DNA from: Candidatus Pyrohabitans jungbluthii | GTDB taxonomy: Archaea; Hydrothermarchaeota; Hydrothermarchaeia; Hydrothermarchaeales; BMS3B | Assembly (NCBI GenBank): GCA_002010065.2 | Contig: MTMD02000007.1 | Location: 13,113-77,112 of the forward strand | DNA: 64,000 nt | Direction: 5' to 3' | Shown here: piece by piece, positions 49,568 through 60,844 of the stretch | How the letters are laid out: each line of letters starts with the position of its first letter | How positions within the stretch are numbered: position 1 is the first letter of the stretch | Made by a program: the position numbers and the translations under genes | Notes under the pieces: generated by a model | The model's database searches: none | What the model was told of the DNA's origin: nothing | What the model saw: only the letters and a program-made list of their open reading frames with translations

Positions 49568-51145
49568 TTACTTTTTGTTTAATTTTTCCAATGTTTTTAA
49601 TTCTCTAATTTTTCGCCTGATTCTTTCTTTTTCAGTATATTCTTGATATTTTATTGGCATTTTAGCATATTTGCTATCCCCATTAAAAATATCCTTTAAT
49701 ACTCTTCCGTCCATGTCCTTTGGGATAGGTATGTCGAATAAATGTAAAACTGTTGGAGCAATATCTGTAATTTCAATTTCTCCTAATTTCTTTCCCTTTT
49801 TAATATCATGACCATAGGCGATAAAAATACCTTCTCTTGCTTTTTCGTGACGCCCTATGATTTTAGTTTCCTTTCTTTTATTAAATATGTTTTTGGATAA
49901 GGAAGTGGTAGTATTAAAATATTCTGAGGCTAAATATACAATATCTGGAATATGAGAAATATATCTTCCATCAAACACTTCTTCTCTTTTCCATACATTT
50001 TCTAAAACTCTTTTTCCATCTTTGTTAAGATGCTTTAGTTTACTAATTATCTCTTCTCTTATCTTTTCATAATCCTGATCTTGACGCAGATTCTTTTTAA
50101 TTATCTTTATTCCCAATGGATTAGCGCCGTAAGCTATTGCTATTGTATCGTTATGATTTACACCCCATGGAAAATATATATTTTCTTTTTTTTGAGTTAA
50201 ACTCTTTTCATACCAATTATCTAAAATTAATTTATTAACCAATTTATTTATATTATATTTTAGAGATTTAAAATGCTTCAATAAAATCCTTCCGACACGA
50301 TATTTTGCAAATGAATAGGCTTTATATGTTAACCACTGTCGAAGTCTATTTCCTTTTAATTTAAGGTATCCCTGATCCAATAACCATGAATTAACATTAA
50401 ACTCATATATTGCAGGTCCATGGAATCCATGATCAGATATTATGAAAATCTCCATATTTTGGAAGTTTTTAATGATGTCACTTAAAATTTTATCGACTTC
50501 TTTAAAAAAATCCAAAATAATATCTTTATAATTCCAATACCAATGTTGAATCGAATCTGTTTCTTCAATCCAGTATATTATGAAATCATATTTACGTTCC
50601 TTTGTAAGATTTTTGAATATCTTATATCTTCGCCACATTCTTTGAACATAAAGGGAAAATAACCTTTCATCAAAAATTTTTTCTTTCCATAATTTTTTAA
50701 GCTCTTCGTTCTCTAAATGAAACCCTTTAACTTTATTTTTTAAATCCGGTGGATATGTGTATTCACTATCTTCAGAAGGCGGCAATCCAGAAATCATAAT
50801 TCCATTTATTTTTTTAGGCGGATATGTCATTCGCAAGTTAATAATCATCGATTTATATCCATATTCACCTAGTATATCCCAAATAGCTGGCTCTTTTATA
50901 TCATTGTAACTTACCAGAGATCCATCAGGTTTTATAAAGTCGAAAAATCCAAGTTTAGCTGGATTTTTACCAGTAAAAAAAGATGGTATTGCAGGTGAGC
51001 TCAGACATGGAATAGTGCTTTTTAATATCCCCCAAGTTCCATCTTCTATTAACTTTTTAAATGTGGGTAAATATCCTCCATCTATCCAAGGTTTAATAAC
51101 TTTCCAAGTGGTACCATCTAAGCCTATTATTAGTACTTTACTCAT
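49568..51145 (-). CDS. Alkaline phosphatase superfamily (phosphodiesterase/sulfatase-like) protein
   Basis: IIGLDG, STIP...TGKNP, DSIQH, ISDHGF, DIAPTVL, MDGRVL. Confidence 0.88.
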   Translation of the reverse strand: MSKVLIIGLDGTTWKVIKPWIDGGYLPTFKKLIEDGTWGILKSTIPCLSSPAIPSFFTGKNPAKLGFFDFIKPDGSLVSYNDIKEPAIWDILGEYGYKSMIINLRMTYPPKKINGIMISGLPPSEDSEYTYPPDLKNKVKGFHLENEELKKLWKEKIFDERLFSLYVQRMWRRYKIFKNLTKERKYDFIIYWIEETDSIQHWYWNYKDIILDFFKEVDKILSDIIKNFQNMEIFIISDHGFHGPAIYEFNVNSWLLDQGYLKLKGNRLRQWLTYKAYSFAKYRVGRILLKHFKSLKYNINKLVNKLILDNWYEKSLTQKKENIYFPWGVNHNDTIAIAYGANPLGIKIIKKNLRQDQDYEKIREEIISKLKHLNKDGKRVLENVWKREEVFDGRYISHIPDIVYLASEYFNTTTSLSKNIFNKRKETKIIGRHEKAREGIFIAYGHDIKKGKKLGEIEITDIAPTVLHLFDIPIPKDMDGRVLKDIFNGDSKYAKMPIKYQEYTEKERIRRKIRELKTLEKLNKK

Positions 51146-51149
51146 AGGA

Positions 51150-52057
51150 TCACCGCTTAGCAAGTATCAAGTAAAACATATATCCTTTCCCCTTGAACAT
51201 TTTAGCAAGGAGGAAATTCAATAGAAAACAGACCATATCTTTCTTAGGGTCAATCTTCCCTAAGTGGTTATAAGTTCTTATTTCTAAAACACTTAAATCT
51301 AGAAGTTGAGATACAATCTTTTCTGGAATAAAACCTTTATTTTTATTAGGTGTTCCAGAGGCTGTTGGTGAATGAATATCTACCAAACTTTGAATTTCCC
51401 TTTGAGATAAAGGTTCTGCAATCACTCCTTCATTTATCAGTCTTCGATTGACCCTTTCGAATAATTCAGTTTCATCTATTCTTCGCTTTTTGTTTTTTAT
51501 AAATTTAGACTTAAAGTTTAGGTATAGTTGGCATATACGGTTTATCTTTGAAAGCAAACTTTTGTAAAACAATTTATTTGGTTCGTGCATAATGAATAAA
51601 ATTCCTTCATTAGAGAGTATCCGATTAATTTCATCCAGCAATTTACTATAATTTGGGATATGATGTAATGTAGAGTTAATAGTGATGATATTTATACTAT
51701 TTTTTTTTTAAATGGTAAGTTCACAGCATCACAAACTACAAATTCAAAACGATTTTTTGAATTATACGACTTCATCTTAGCTGTCTGTAACATTTGTTTG
51801 GATATGTCAGTGCAAATAATTAAACCTCCTTCTAAATAATTATTAACAATAGAAGGTACAAAACCTGTTCCAGTTCCTATATTTAAAACTATAAGATTCT
51901 TATATGTATTTGGCAAATATTTACTAAGAACATAATTCCAATTTTCTCTCTCCTTTTCTATTTCTGGATGTCTTTTATCATATAATTTCGCCTCTTCATC
52001 GTGAAAGATTCTATTTATCTCTTTCACTAACTTATCAGAAACTTCTATTCTTTTCAT
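51150..52057 (-). pseudogene. Class I SAM methyltransferase split by a frameshift in an A10 tract
   Basis: 5' part has LNIGTGTG...DISKQML...CDAVNLPF. After A10 (51700-51709) the -1 frame continues NSINIITINSTLHHIPNYSKLLDEINRIL into ORF 51150-51641. Confidence 0.8.
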
Positions 52058-52323
52058 TAAAAAACCTTCCCTTATATTGAATTATCCTATTATAATGTTT
52101 TTGTTATGACAATCCTTAACTCTTTTTCTATTTTTAACCATATTAATTTGCAACAAACAGGGCATCAAGATAATATATACGACTATTCTTCATTTTTTAT
52201 CTGAATCTCTCTTAACAAACGTCTCTTTTTTGCTTTCTCCACTGGTGTGAAGTCAGAGTAGGTTCGTGTCTCATCAAACCAAAACAACCTCGTATTTCTA
52301 CAACTACTAAAATCTTATTATTT

Positions 52324-53466
52324 TCATCCTGATAGAACCTTATCATAAACATCAATAATTTTTTTGCCTAAAATTTTCCAATCATACGTATCTACAACAT
52401 ATTTTCGAGCATTTTTCCCAAGCTTTTTTCTTAACTGTTCATCTTGGATTAGAGTTGAGATAGTATCAGCAAGAGATTTTATTCTATCTTTGGGCAGTGT
52501 TAATGGTGCGTTATAATCTGAATAATCACGATCAAATAATTTAACCAAAAGCCCCCTTTCATTGTCACCTAACAAGTCCTTATACGCCCTAAGAGAACTG
52601 GCGACAATTGCTTTCTCCATTGCCATCGCCTCCAAACAAGCAAGGCTGGTCGACTCTGCACTTGAAGGAAATACAACTATATCAGCAATATCATAGTAAT
52701 ATTTTGTTTTGTCATGTGGAATTTCACCAATAAATTTGACATACTTTTCTATATTAAGTTCCTTAACTCTTTCCCTCAGATAATGTTCCAATTTTTTTCT
52801 TCCAGCAATCCAAAACTCAATTTCATTACCAATCTCTTTGATTAAATAGGGTATGGCTTCTATAAGGTACTGTACACCATTTTTTGGATTTAATCTGCGC
52901 ATACTTAGAATTATTATCTTATATTTTTTGGAATTTTGAATTGAAGATGGTTTAAAATAATCTGTATCCACACCATTGGGTATCATATAAATTTTTTCCT
53001 TTTTTACAAATCTTTTTGCCACTTCTGCCATTTCACTACTCGTTGCGATAATGGCGTCAGCAAATTTAAATGATATTAAACGATAAGCTTTCATTCGAGG
53101 TGAATTGCCTACTGATGAGTCTAATGTACCTAAACCATGAAGAGTCACCACATTTGGTTTTCTCAGCATCTTTGCCAAAGGGCAAGTTAAGAAAGACAAA
53201 TAAAAAGTATAATGACAGTGGGCAATATCAATTTCTTTTATAAAATTTCGTAAATTTAGCATATCAGTTATCATATTTAGGGGAGTATTTTTTTTTGTAT
53301 GGTTTCTAATAACCTTAAACCCATCTACGTCCCATTCTCCTTCTGTATTTGTAAATATTTTAACGTTATGTCCCAAATCTCGAAGTGTCCTACTTAAACG
53401 ATAAACATGAATCTCTGCACCTCCAATTTGCGGCAAAAAAGTATCGGATATCATTCCAATTTTCAT
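52324..53466 (-). CDS. GT4 glycosyltransferase
   Basis: PQIGGAE, VTLHG, IPNGVD, ESTSLACLEAMA. Confidence 0.9.
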   Translation of the reverse strand: MKIGMISDTFLPQIGGAEIHVYRLSRTLRDLGHNVKIFTNTEGEWDVDGFKVIRNHTKKNTPLNMITDMLNLRNFIKEIDIAHCHYTFYLSFLTCPLAKMLRKPNVVTLHGLGTLDSSVGNSPRMKAYRLISFKFADAIIATSSEMAEVAKRFVKKEKIYMIPNGVDTDYFKPSSIQNSKKYKIIILSMRRLNPKNGVQYLIEAIPYLIKEIGNEIEFWIAGRKKLEHYLRERVKELNIEKYVKFIGEIPHDKTKYYYDIADIVVFPSSAESTSLACLEAMAMEKAIVASSLRAYKDLLGDNERGLLVKLFDRDYSDYNAPLTLPKDRIKSLADTISTLIQDEQLRKKLGKNARKYVVDTYDWKILGKKIIDVYDKVLSG

Positions 53467-54284
53467 TTTTTCACCTCTATTACATACGTTGTCCCATATC
53501 CAAAATAGTTTAACACTTTCCTATCTTTAAATCTATCTATAAACTTGAAAATTTCAATGGTTTTTGGGAAAATATAAGAAATATATGGCGAACATAACGA
53601 ACTTGCCTCAACGTGTAGTATCTTAAATCCATTATCTTCCAAAATTCTTCTAAATTTCCAAGGATAAAACCAAAGATGAGGGAACTCATTCTTTCCCGCA
53701 TATTTTTCTATCACTCCTTCTCTATTAATATTTTTTATCACCCTCAGAAAGCCAAAAAGAAATGCAAAAGGCGACTTCCTCGTAATGGTCCAAGGTGAAT
53801 CGCCACCCAAAATAGAAAAGCTACTTAAACCTAGACACGTAGGAACTGCGATTATTGCTTTATTTGCTACCCTTTTTATTTCTCTTAAGCTTTTTTCAAT
53901 ATTAGGTAAATGTTCTAAAACATGAGATGCAACAACTAGATCAAAACTTTTATCTTCAAATGGTAAATTCTCTCCATCCCCAATTATGAAATCTATTTTT
54001 AGATCTCTCTTTTTAATTATTTCCTTTGCTGCTATTATATTAGGGATAGAAATATCCATTCCAATTACATTGAATCCTCTCTCCCCAATTAAAACAGATA
54101 AAACACCCTCTCCACATCCATAATCAAGTATTAATTTTGGAGGTGGATTCATTTTTTCTATATATTTTAAAATAGTATTGTATTGTGCCCTATGGAGGTA
54201 TCTCCTTATTAAAAAAGGAGAATTAAATCTCTTTTCCCAAATTCTATCTGCATGCTTCGTGTATTCTTCTTTGGTATTGTTCAT
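53463..54284 (-). CDS. Class I SAM-dependent methyltransferase
   Basis: LDYGCGEG, GDGENLPFEDKSFD, HVLEH. Confidence 0.9.
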   Translation of the reverse strand: MNNTKEEYTKHADRIWEKRFNSPFLIRRYLHRAQYNTILKYIEKMNPPPKLILDYGCGEGVLSVLIGERGFNVIGMDISIPNIIAAKEIIKKRDLKIDFIIGDGENLPFEDKSFDLVVASHVLEHLPNIEKSLREIKRVANKAIIAVPTCLGLSSFSILGGDSPWTITRKSPFAFLFGFLRVIKNINREGVIEKYAGKNEFPHLWFYPWKFRRILEDNGFKILHVEASSLCSPYISYIFPKTIEIFKFIDRFKDRKVLNYFGYGTTYVIEVKK

Positions 54285-54730
54285 ATTTTATCACCGCAAT
54301 GTTTTTGCCTTTTTTTATTTGTTGTAAAAATTCAAATATCACCCAAAAAAGTTGCCAGAATTTATAATATAAATATAAAAATGTTTGATTCCCAGTAGCG
54401 TTTATAGGCCCTTTCATAAGAGAGAGTCTAGAAGTATGCCTATCTGAAAAAGACAGAAGTCCTGCAAGGAGAAATAAAGACACGAAAATCTTCTACACTT
54501 GCTTACAATGGAGAAGCTGAATAAGGAGATGAAGTAAAAAGCTAAATCTTCTCTTCAGGATAATTTGTTCTACTTATTGGTAATAGAACTTAATGGTCCT
54601 TTAACATAAATGCTGAGTTTATTTTTCTTTAATATAGTAGGAAAGTACTTTTAGTGGCACAATTAATGAAACACTTTCCATATAATCGCCCACTCACCAA
54701 TCAACCTGTAATGAAGCCGGTTCCTCATTT

Positions 54731-55777
54731 TCACTCTTGTTCATTGTCTAATTGCCCTTCCGGTTTGCGAAATGCATGTATCAGCGACCTTAGGGATATG
54801 TGAGGAACTCCAAATCGAACAAGACCTGCCCAGAAGCCGATTCCCCAACTTAGGTGAATAGTTGCAAAAACAAATGGAAGTAATGGTAGATATTGCCAAC
54901 CACGGTGTTGTGCAGCCCAAAAAGAAGCAACCAGATTAGCAATAACATAGAAGCTTGGGATGATAATTCCTACCATCCAAAAAATATGGAGGAATATTAT
55001 AGACGCAATTAGGGAAAAAACGAACACAGGGGGAACTAACTGCCGCCAGCGTAATGAATCTGGGTGGGCTTTGAGTGTTTTCACCTTCCAGAGGCCGTAG
55101 CGGAAGTACTGATAAGCCAAAGCCTTAAGTGATCCGCGTACATAGTACTTGCAGCGAATATTGGGGGAAAGCAAGACCTTGCCACCTGCCTTGCGCAAGC
55201 GGTGGTTGAGTTCATAGTCTTCATTAACCACCCATTCCTCATTGAAGCCGCCTAAGGCTTCTAAGGTTCGCTTATACCAAGCGCCAAGGTAGACTGTATC
55301 TACCCACTTTTCCCGATTGGAGTAGCGGAACTGGGCATCTCCTGCTCCAAATGGTGAAGTAGTGGCAATGGCAATGGCATTGCTGATGTATCCTGTTCCT
55401 ACAGCGTATTGTACTCCTCCCACATTAGTAGCGCCTGTGGTTTGAAGCAAAGTGACGCACTGGCGGATATAGTCTGAGGCGTAGGTAGTATGTGCGTCCA
55501 TTCGGATAATGACATCCCCTTTCGCCTCATGGATTCCAATATTCAGTGCAGAAGATTGAATACGCTTTGGATTGTTCAAAAGCCGAATGAAGGGGTAGCG
55601 TCTAGCGTATTCTTGAACGATCTTTTGAGAGCGATCAGTGCTCATACCATCGATAACTAATACCTCCAACCGGTCTTTTGGATAGTCATTAGCAAGAATA
55701 GAGTCGAGGCACTGAGCAATGTAGCGTTCCTCGTTACGTATGGGGACAATAATTGTGACCCGAGGCATTTGCGTCAT
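54731..55777 (-). CDS. GT2 glycosyltransferase (ExoA-like)
   Basis: PIRNEE, DGMSTD, RMDAH, NEDYELN; C-terminal TMs. Confidence 0.9.
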   Translation of the reverse strand: MTQMPRVTIIVPIRNEERYIAQCLDSILANDYPKDRLEVLVIDGMSTDRSQKIVQEYARRYPFIRLLNNPKRIQSSALNIGIHEAKGDVIIRMDAHTTYASDYIRQCVTLLQTTGATNVGGVQYAVGTGYISNAIAIATTSPFGAGDAQFRYSNREKWVDTVYLGAWYKRTLEALGGFNEEWVVNEDYELNHRLRKAGGKVLLSPNIRCKYYVRGSLKALAYQYFRYGLWKVKTLKAHPDSLRWRQLVPPVFVFSLIASIIFLHIFWMVGIIIPSFYVIANLVASFWAAQHRGWQYLPLLPFVFATIHLSWGIGFWAGLVRFGVPHISLRSLIHAFRKPEGQLDNEQE

Positions 55778-57051
55778 GTTGCCCCCCTATTTTCACCTTG
55801 AGACCAAATAAGTGCTGCGACAAGCCATGGAAAAGGATTATACATAAGAGAAAATGATAGAAACATGAATAGTGTAAGCAACCAAACATGGAGCCAAGGC
55901 AAAAGCCCTGCACGCTGCGAAAGTGAGGCGATACCTCGCATTGTTGTAAATATAGCAAATAAAGTCCATAATGCAAAGCCAATGAGCCCCGTTTCAAACA
56001 GCAAATCTAGGTAGGAATTATGGGAGTAACCCCCTAATTCTTCCTCCGCAGCGCGCAGACCAGCTCCGAAGACTAGGAAGGCGGGGTTAGACAGTTTGGT
56101 CACAATGGATTCCCAGTAAACAAACCGTGGTGAAGAGCCGATCATAGCGAATCGAAATGCTAAACTTTCTAGGGGGTCTACACCCATAGACCGAACGGAA
56201 AGAAGGCCAATTACTAGAATTATGCTCAATATAGTTAGTGGCCTAACATACCTCCACACAAGTGATAATCTCCTAAGGAAAAACAAAATGCTCCATAAAA
56301 TTATGGTTGATATCACAAAAAAGATAAGAAAACTGCGGGACAAAGTTAATAGTAATGACAGAGAAATTATAGATAAACCCAAAATTTTAATTAGTCTGCT
56401 CACACTTGTCACATTAAAACCGCAGAACAGCGAAAGTGCCATCCAGAGGGAATAAAAGTTTGGGTCTCTTGCAAATCCTATAAGGCGTGGTATGTGACCT
56501 TCATCTACCATAAGAATAATTCCTCCATAAGGTCTTCGGATATTACTAATCATGGAAAAATTCCTAAGCGCGTCAACAAACAGAATGACCGCCAAGGTTG
56601 AAATTACTATTCCAATAAAAAATACAGCTTTATTGACCCTATCTAGGTCTACTAATCGATTTGCCATAGTTGAAATCATCAGAAAGATCATTATGTTTCG
56701 AAGCAGTAGCAAAAACATTGTTAATCCACGGATCGGTTGAGGGGATTTGAATACTTGAAGGCCTATCCATATAGTGAACGGAACTATCAAAGTGAAACCC
56801 ATAACAAGATGCCGACTAACCTTTAGCCGGACAAGTGCTATATACGAGAACCAGAGCAGGAAAATTAATACTGTTGCAATATCCCAAAGTGCGATGTCAA
56901 TATGACCAGCTACGATAAAAACTTTAATGCCACTTAGGTTGATAGATAGAAGTAGAAGAACAATGAACACCAATGCCAGCGTTTGGGCTGAAGTTGAAAT
57001 AGAAAGTGGTCGCAATTTTTTGATTGCTGCATTACCCTCTCTCAGTACCAT
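55774..57051 (-). CDS. O-antigen ligase/polymerase (Wzy_C) family membrane protein
   Basis: Multi-TM, DPNFY, TLSRS, FGAG, SHNSYLDLLFETGLIG. Confidence 0.82.
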   Translation of the reverse strand: MVLREGNAAIKKLRPLSISTSAQTLALVFIVLLLLSINLSGIKVFIVAGHIDIALWDIATVLIFLLWFSYIALVRLKVSRHLVMGFTLIVPFTIWIGLQVFKSPQPIRGLTMFLLLLRNIMIFLMISTMANRLVDLDRVNKAVFFIGIVISTLAVILFVDALRNFSMISNIRRPYGGIILMVDEGHIPRLIGFARDPNFYSLWMALSLFCGFNVTSVSRLIKILGLSIISLSLLLTLSRSFLIFFVISTIILWSILFFLRRLSLVWRYVRPLTILSIILVIGLLSVRSMGVDPLESLAFRFAMIGSSPRFVYWESIVTKLSNPAFLVFGAGLRAAEEELGGYSHNSYLDLLFETGLIGFALWTLFAIFTTMRGIASLSQRAGLLPWLHVWLLTLFMFLSFSLMYNPFPWLVAALIWSQGENRGAT

Positions 57052-57971
57052 AACCTCCCAAAATTGGTTTTCAGGTAAGTAAGCGTCTGTTTTGTCAACG
57101 CTGAGCGTCTTTGCCCCTTCAACTCAGCAATAGCTGTCCAAATACCCCGAAAGAATTCAGGCAATCTATTGTTTCTAATAGCTGTCGCACCATAATATCC
57201 CAGCCAAATCAAAAGGTGAATCAATAAATACGGGAATGGCAAATATTTATATGCGAACCAGATCCTGTTGCGAACTGTAAAATAAAGTTCTTTGTCACTT
57301 TTTTTATCTAAGACAGAGCATTGTGGCATGTGGTGGACAATAACATCTGGTGTATAAAGCAAATGAAATCCCTTTTGAATCATCCGATAAGCCAAGTCAA
57401 GCTCCTCTCCATAAAACATGTAATTATCTTGATACAACCCACATTGCTGGATTATTTCTTTCCGTAGTGCATGCCCAGCCCCAATGTAATAGGAGCAAAG
57501 ACGTGTTTGGCTTGTAAGATTAGGCCATTTTCTGCGTGCATGGCGAGAGAAAGGAACCTGTAAATCCTTGCGATATCCATCGTATACAATGATTTTAAAA
57601 GCAATCGCGCCCAAGCAAGGATCTTGCGAAAAATGATTTACAATCTTCTCGAGACATCGCTCGTTGTCAAACCACGCATCATCATCAAGAAAAACGAGGA
57701 TTTCTCCATTCGCACGCTTTATTAAAAAATTTCGTCCCCCGGCTACACCCAGCTGCGTTTCGCTGCGGAAACATTTGACTCTACCATCACTTACATACTT
57801 GTTAACTATATAACATATGTTATGTTTTTCTGAATAATCATCTAATACCAAAATTTCAAATTCTGGGTAGGTCTGGCTTAAAACACTATCTAGGCAGCGG
57901 AGCAGGGATTCAGGACGGTCACGTGTTCCTATCAGCACGGAAACCAGTGGTTCTTTTCTGTTGGTTTTCAT
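57042..57971 (-). CDS. GT2 glycosyltransferase
   Basis: LDDYS, GVAGGRN, FLDDD, YGEELD. Confidence 0.9.
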   Translation of the reverse strand: MKTNRKEPLVSVLIGTRDRPESLLRCLDSVLSQTYPEFEILVLDDYSEKHNICYIVNKYVSDGRVKCFRSETQLGVAGGRNFLIKRANGEILVFLDDDAWFDNERCLEKIVNHFSQDPCLGAIAFKIIVYDGYRKDLQVPFSRHARRKWPNLTSQTRLCSYYIGAGHALRKEIIQQCGLYQDNYMFYGEELDLAYRMIQKGFHLLYTPDVIVHHMPQCSVLDKKSDKELYFTVRNRIWFAYKYLPFPYLLIHLLIWLGYYGATAIRNNRLPEFFRGIWTAIAELKGQRRSALTKQTLTYLKTNFGRLWY

Positions 57972-59149
57972 AACAATCTCTCCAAAAGGGAGATATACGC
58001 TTGGGCGCTTGCATCTACTGAGAAACGAATGGCACTCTTTACTCCTTCTTCAACTAATTGTTTTGACTTTTTTGGATTACGAAGCAATTCCACTATCGCA
58101 TTGGCCATAGCTTCCGCATCTCCTACTGGAACTAAGATACCAGCTTTTCCATTGAGCAGGATTTCTTTGGGTCCGTGTGGACAATCCGTTGCTATTGCTG
58201 GAACCCCCAGTGCCAAAGCTTCGACAAGGGAGTGCACAAGGCCTTCCCATCTAGAAGAAAGCACAAAGACAGAAGCCAACGCCATGTACTTGTAAGGATT
58301 GTCCACAAAACCTGGCATATATACATCTTCAGAGACCCCAAGGTCTTTTGCTAACCTCTCTAGTTTAGGCCTATCTTCTCCTTCCCCAAGAATAACCAGT
58401 CTAGCAGGAAGCTCTTTCCGTACTAAAGCAAAAGCTTTGATTAGAGTCTCGAAATCCTTTTGTCTTGTTAGACGACCTACACCTAAAATCACTGGAGGTT
58501 CTCCTGGTTTAAACCAATTAAATTTCACAGGTTCTTTCGCTTTTTTAAAAATTGATGCATATATGACAGGATCGGGAATAATAAAAATCTTTTTCTCAGG
58601 AACATTTGCGATTTGTCTCACAATTTCTATTAAATTTTCTGAGGGTACGGTAATCGCGTCTGCCTTTGAAAATAATAAACGCCAAAGAAACTTGCGAAGG
58701 AGAGATGTGCGTGGCCAACCCCCCATGCTAATTATCATTTTGGTCTCCGAATTACTAACTAGTTTTGCTAAGAGAGCTACACTTGGCAACATACGTACAA
58801 TTAACGTGTCAGGACAGTCATAATGGAGGTAATGAATAAGGCTAGGTAGGATTGATACCCCTCCCAAAAAAACACGAATCCGAAAGGCTAACCATTTAGG
58901 CAACCATGCTAATCGGGGCAGAATTGGCCTAAAGACTTTTCCTTTCAGACTGATAATTTCAACATTTTTAATATTATATTTTTTATCTTTCAAGTAGTGC
59001 CATTCTTGCCAAGCTTCAAGTAAATCGACCTGCCATCCTTTTTGAGCGAAACACTTTGCTAATTCAGGAATTGATCGAGTTTCGCCTATATGCTCCAAAT
59101 GTGGTGAGAAAAATGCAACTTTATGGTTTTTTGTTCTGTTCATCTTCAA
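57968..59149 (-). CDS. GT4 glycosyltransferase
   Basis: GVGRLTRQKDF, SSRWEG, EALALG, TDCPHGP. Confidence 0.9.
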   Translation of the reverse strand: MKMNRTKNHKVAFFSPHLEHIGETRSIPELAKCFAQKGWQVDLLEAWQEWHYLKDKKYNIKNVEIISLKGKVFRPILPRLAWLPKWLAFRIRVFLGGVSILPSLIHYLHYDCPDTLIVRMLPSVALLAKLVSNSETKMIISMGGWPRTSLLRKFLWRLLFSKADAITVPSENLIEIVRQIANVPEKKIFIIPDPVIYASIFKKAKEPVKFNWFKPGEPPVILGVGRLTRQKDFETLIKAFALVRKELPARLVILGEGEDRPKLERLAKDLGVSEDVYMPGFVDNPYKYMALASVFVLSSRWEGLVHSLVEALALGVPAIATDCPHGPKEILLNGKAGILVPVGDAEAMANAIVELLRNPKKSKQLVEEGVKSAIRFSVDASAQAYISLLERLL

Positions 59150-60242
59150 TCAACCTCAAGTATGCCTTATAACACGTTTCAGGTTTAAATCTGTCGAGGT
59201 GTTCTCGAGCAAACTGGAGTAGTGATTGAGCGAAGGATTTATCGCGCAAGAGCTTCAGTATGGCAGTTGCCATTTTCTCTGCATTTCCTACAGGAACCAG
59301 AAGCCCTCCTTTACCGTTCATCAGTATCTCTCTGGGTCCTGAAGGACAATCGGTGGAGACTACTGGCGTTCCGCATGCCAGCGCTTCGATTAGCACATTA
59401 GGTAAACCCTCATAACGAGAAGACAGCACAAAGAGCGAGGCCCGCGCCATATATTTATAAGGGTTGTCCACAAAGCCAGGCAGGTCTACATCCTCTCCTA
59501 TTCCCAACTCCTTCGCAAGTGCTTCTAGCTTTGGCCGCTCCTCGCCCTCTCCTAAAATTACCAGTCGACATTCAAGCTCCTTCCGCACTATCGCAAAGGC
59601 TCGTATAAGTGTTGCAAAATCCTTCTGATGGGTTAATCGCCCTACGCCCAATATAACCGGTGGTTCTCCAGGCTGAAACCAGGGGTGATTCAGAGGTTCC
59701 TGAGATTTTTCCAAAATAGAGTCGTCATAAGTCGGATTGTATATGACATGTATTCGTTGACGCATCCAGCCTAAAATACAGGCCAGATCTTCTGCGCCCC
59801 CCTCAGAGTTGGCCACTACAGCTTCAGCTTTCTGATAAAACCAACGTATTAATAGAGGTAGAACATATTCTCGAAAATTTCGTTTATTTGCAAATGCTTC
59901 TGATAACGCCAAGCGCTCTGTTATGATCAATTTTGTTTTAGCCCTTGAGAGCATACAAGCCCATATGCTTACAATGTTTGCATAGTGCTGAGCTGATATA
60001 AGGGCAGTTGGCTGTTCTTTTCGAAGATATGTGATCAACTTCGGAATAGCAGTAAGAGTGCGACGAGTATGCAAATTAACGACTCGTATCTCTGAAGGCA
60101 TTTGTTTAAGGAACGGTCCCCAAGGTTTTAACGTTATTATATCTACCGAATGCCCATCTTTTATGAACATCTGGCTTAAAATGAGTGTGGTGCGCTCAAC
60201 ACCGCCGTCTCCGAAATATGGGATGAAGAAGGCCACCTTCAT
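59121..60242 (-). CDS. GT4 glycosyltransferase
   Basis: GGVER, GRLTHQKDF, EGLPNVLIEA, TDCPSGP. Confidence 0.9.
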   Translation of the reverse strand: MKVAFFIPYFGDGGVERTTLILSQMFIKDGHSVDIITLKPWGPFLKQMPSEIRVVNLHTRRTLTAIPKLITYLRKEQPTALISAQHYANIVSIWACMLSRAKTKLIITERLALSEAFANKRNFREYVLPLLIRWFYQKAEAVVANSEGGAEDLACILGWMRQRIHVIYNPTYDDSILEKSQEPLNHPWFQPGEPPVILGVGRLTHQKDFATLIRAFAIVRKELECRLVILGEGEERPKLEALAKELGIGEDVDLPGFVDNPYKYMARASLFVLSSRYEGLPNVLIEALACGTPVVSTDCPSGPREILMNGKGGLLVPVGNAEKMATAILKLLRDKSFAQSLLQFAREHLDRFKPETCYKAYLRLIEDEQNKKP

Positions 60243-60844
60243 AATCTCTTTCCTTCTACAAGCATGATATACTTGCTAACACACGTTTCAGGTTTAAATC
60301 TGTCGAGGTGTTCTCGAGCAAACTGGAGTAGTGATTGAGCGAAGGATTTATCGCGCAAGAGCTTCAGTATGGCAGTTGCCATTTTCTCTGCATTTCCTAC
60401 AGGAACCAGAAGCCCTCCTTTACCGTTCATCAGTATCTCTCTGGGTCCTGAAGGACAATCGGTGGAGACTACTGGCGTTCCGCATGCCAGCGCTTCGATT
60501 AGCACATTAGGTAAACCCTCATAACGAGAAGACAGCACAAAGAGCGAGGCCCGCGCCATATATTTATAAGGGTTGTCCACAAAGCCAGGCAGGTCTACAT
60601 CCTCTCCTATTCCCAACTCCTTCGCAAGTGCTTCTAGCTTTGGCCGCTCCTCGCCCTCTCCTAAAATTACCAGTCGACATTCAAGCTCCTTCCGCACTAT
60701 CGCAAAGGCTCGTATAAGTGTTGCAAAATCCTTCTGATGGGTTAATCGCCCTACGCCCAATATAACCGGTGGTTCTCCAGGCTGAAACCAGGGGTGATTC
60801 AGAGGTTCCTGAGATTTTTCCAAAATAGAGTCGTCATAAGTCGG
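59172..60844. repeat. 564-bp apparently identical direct repeat (59172-59735 and 60281-60844)
   Basis: Same nucleotide text at offset 1109, encoding the identical C-terminal halves of two GT4 proteins. Confidence 0.92.
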
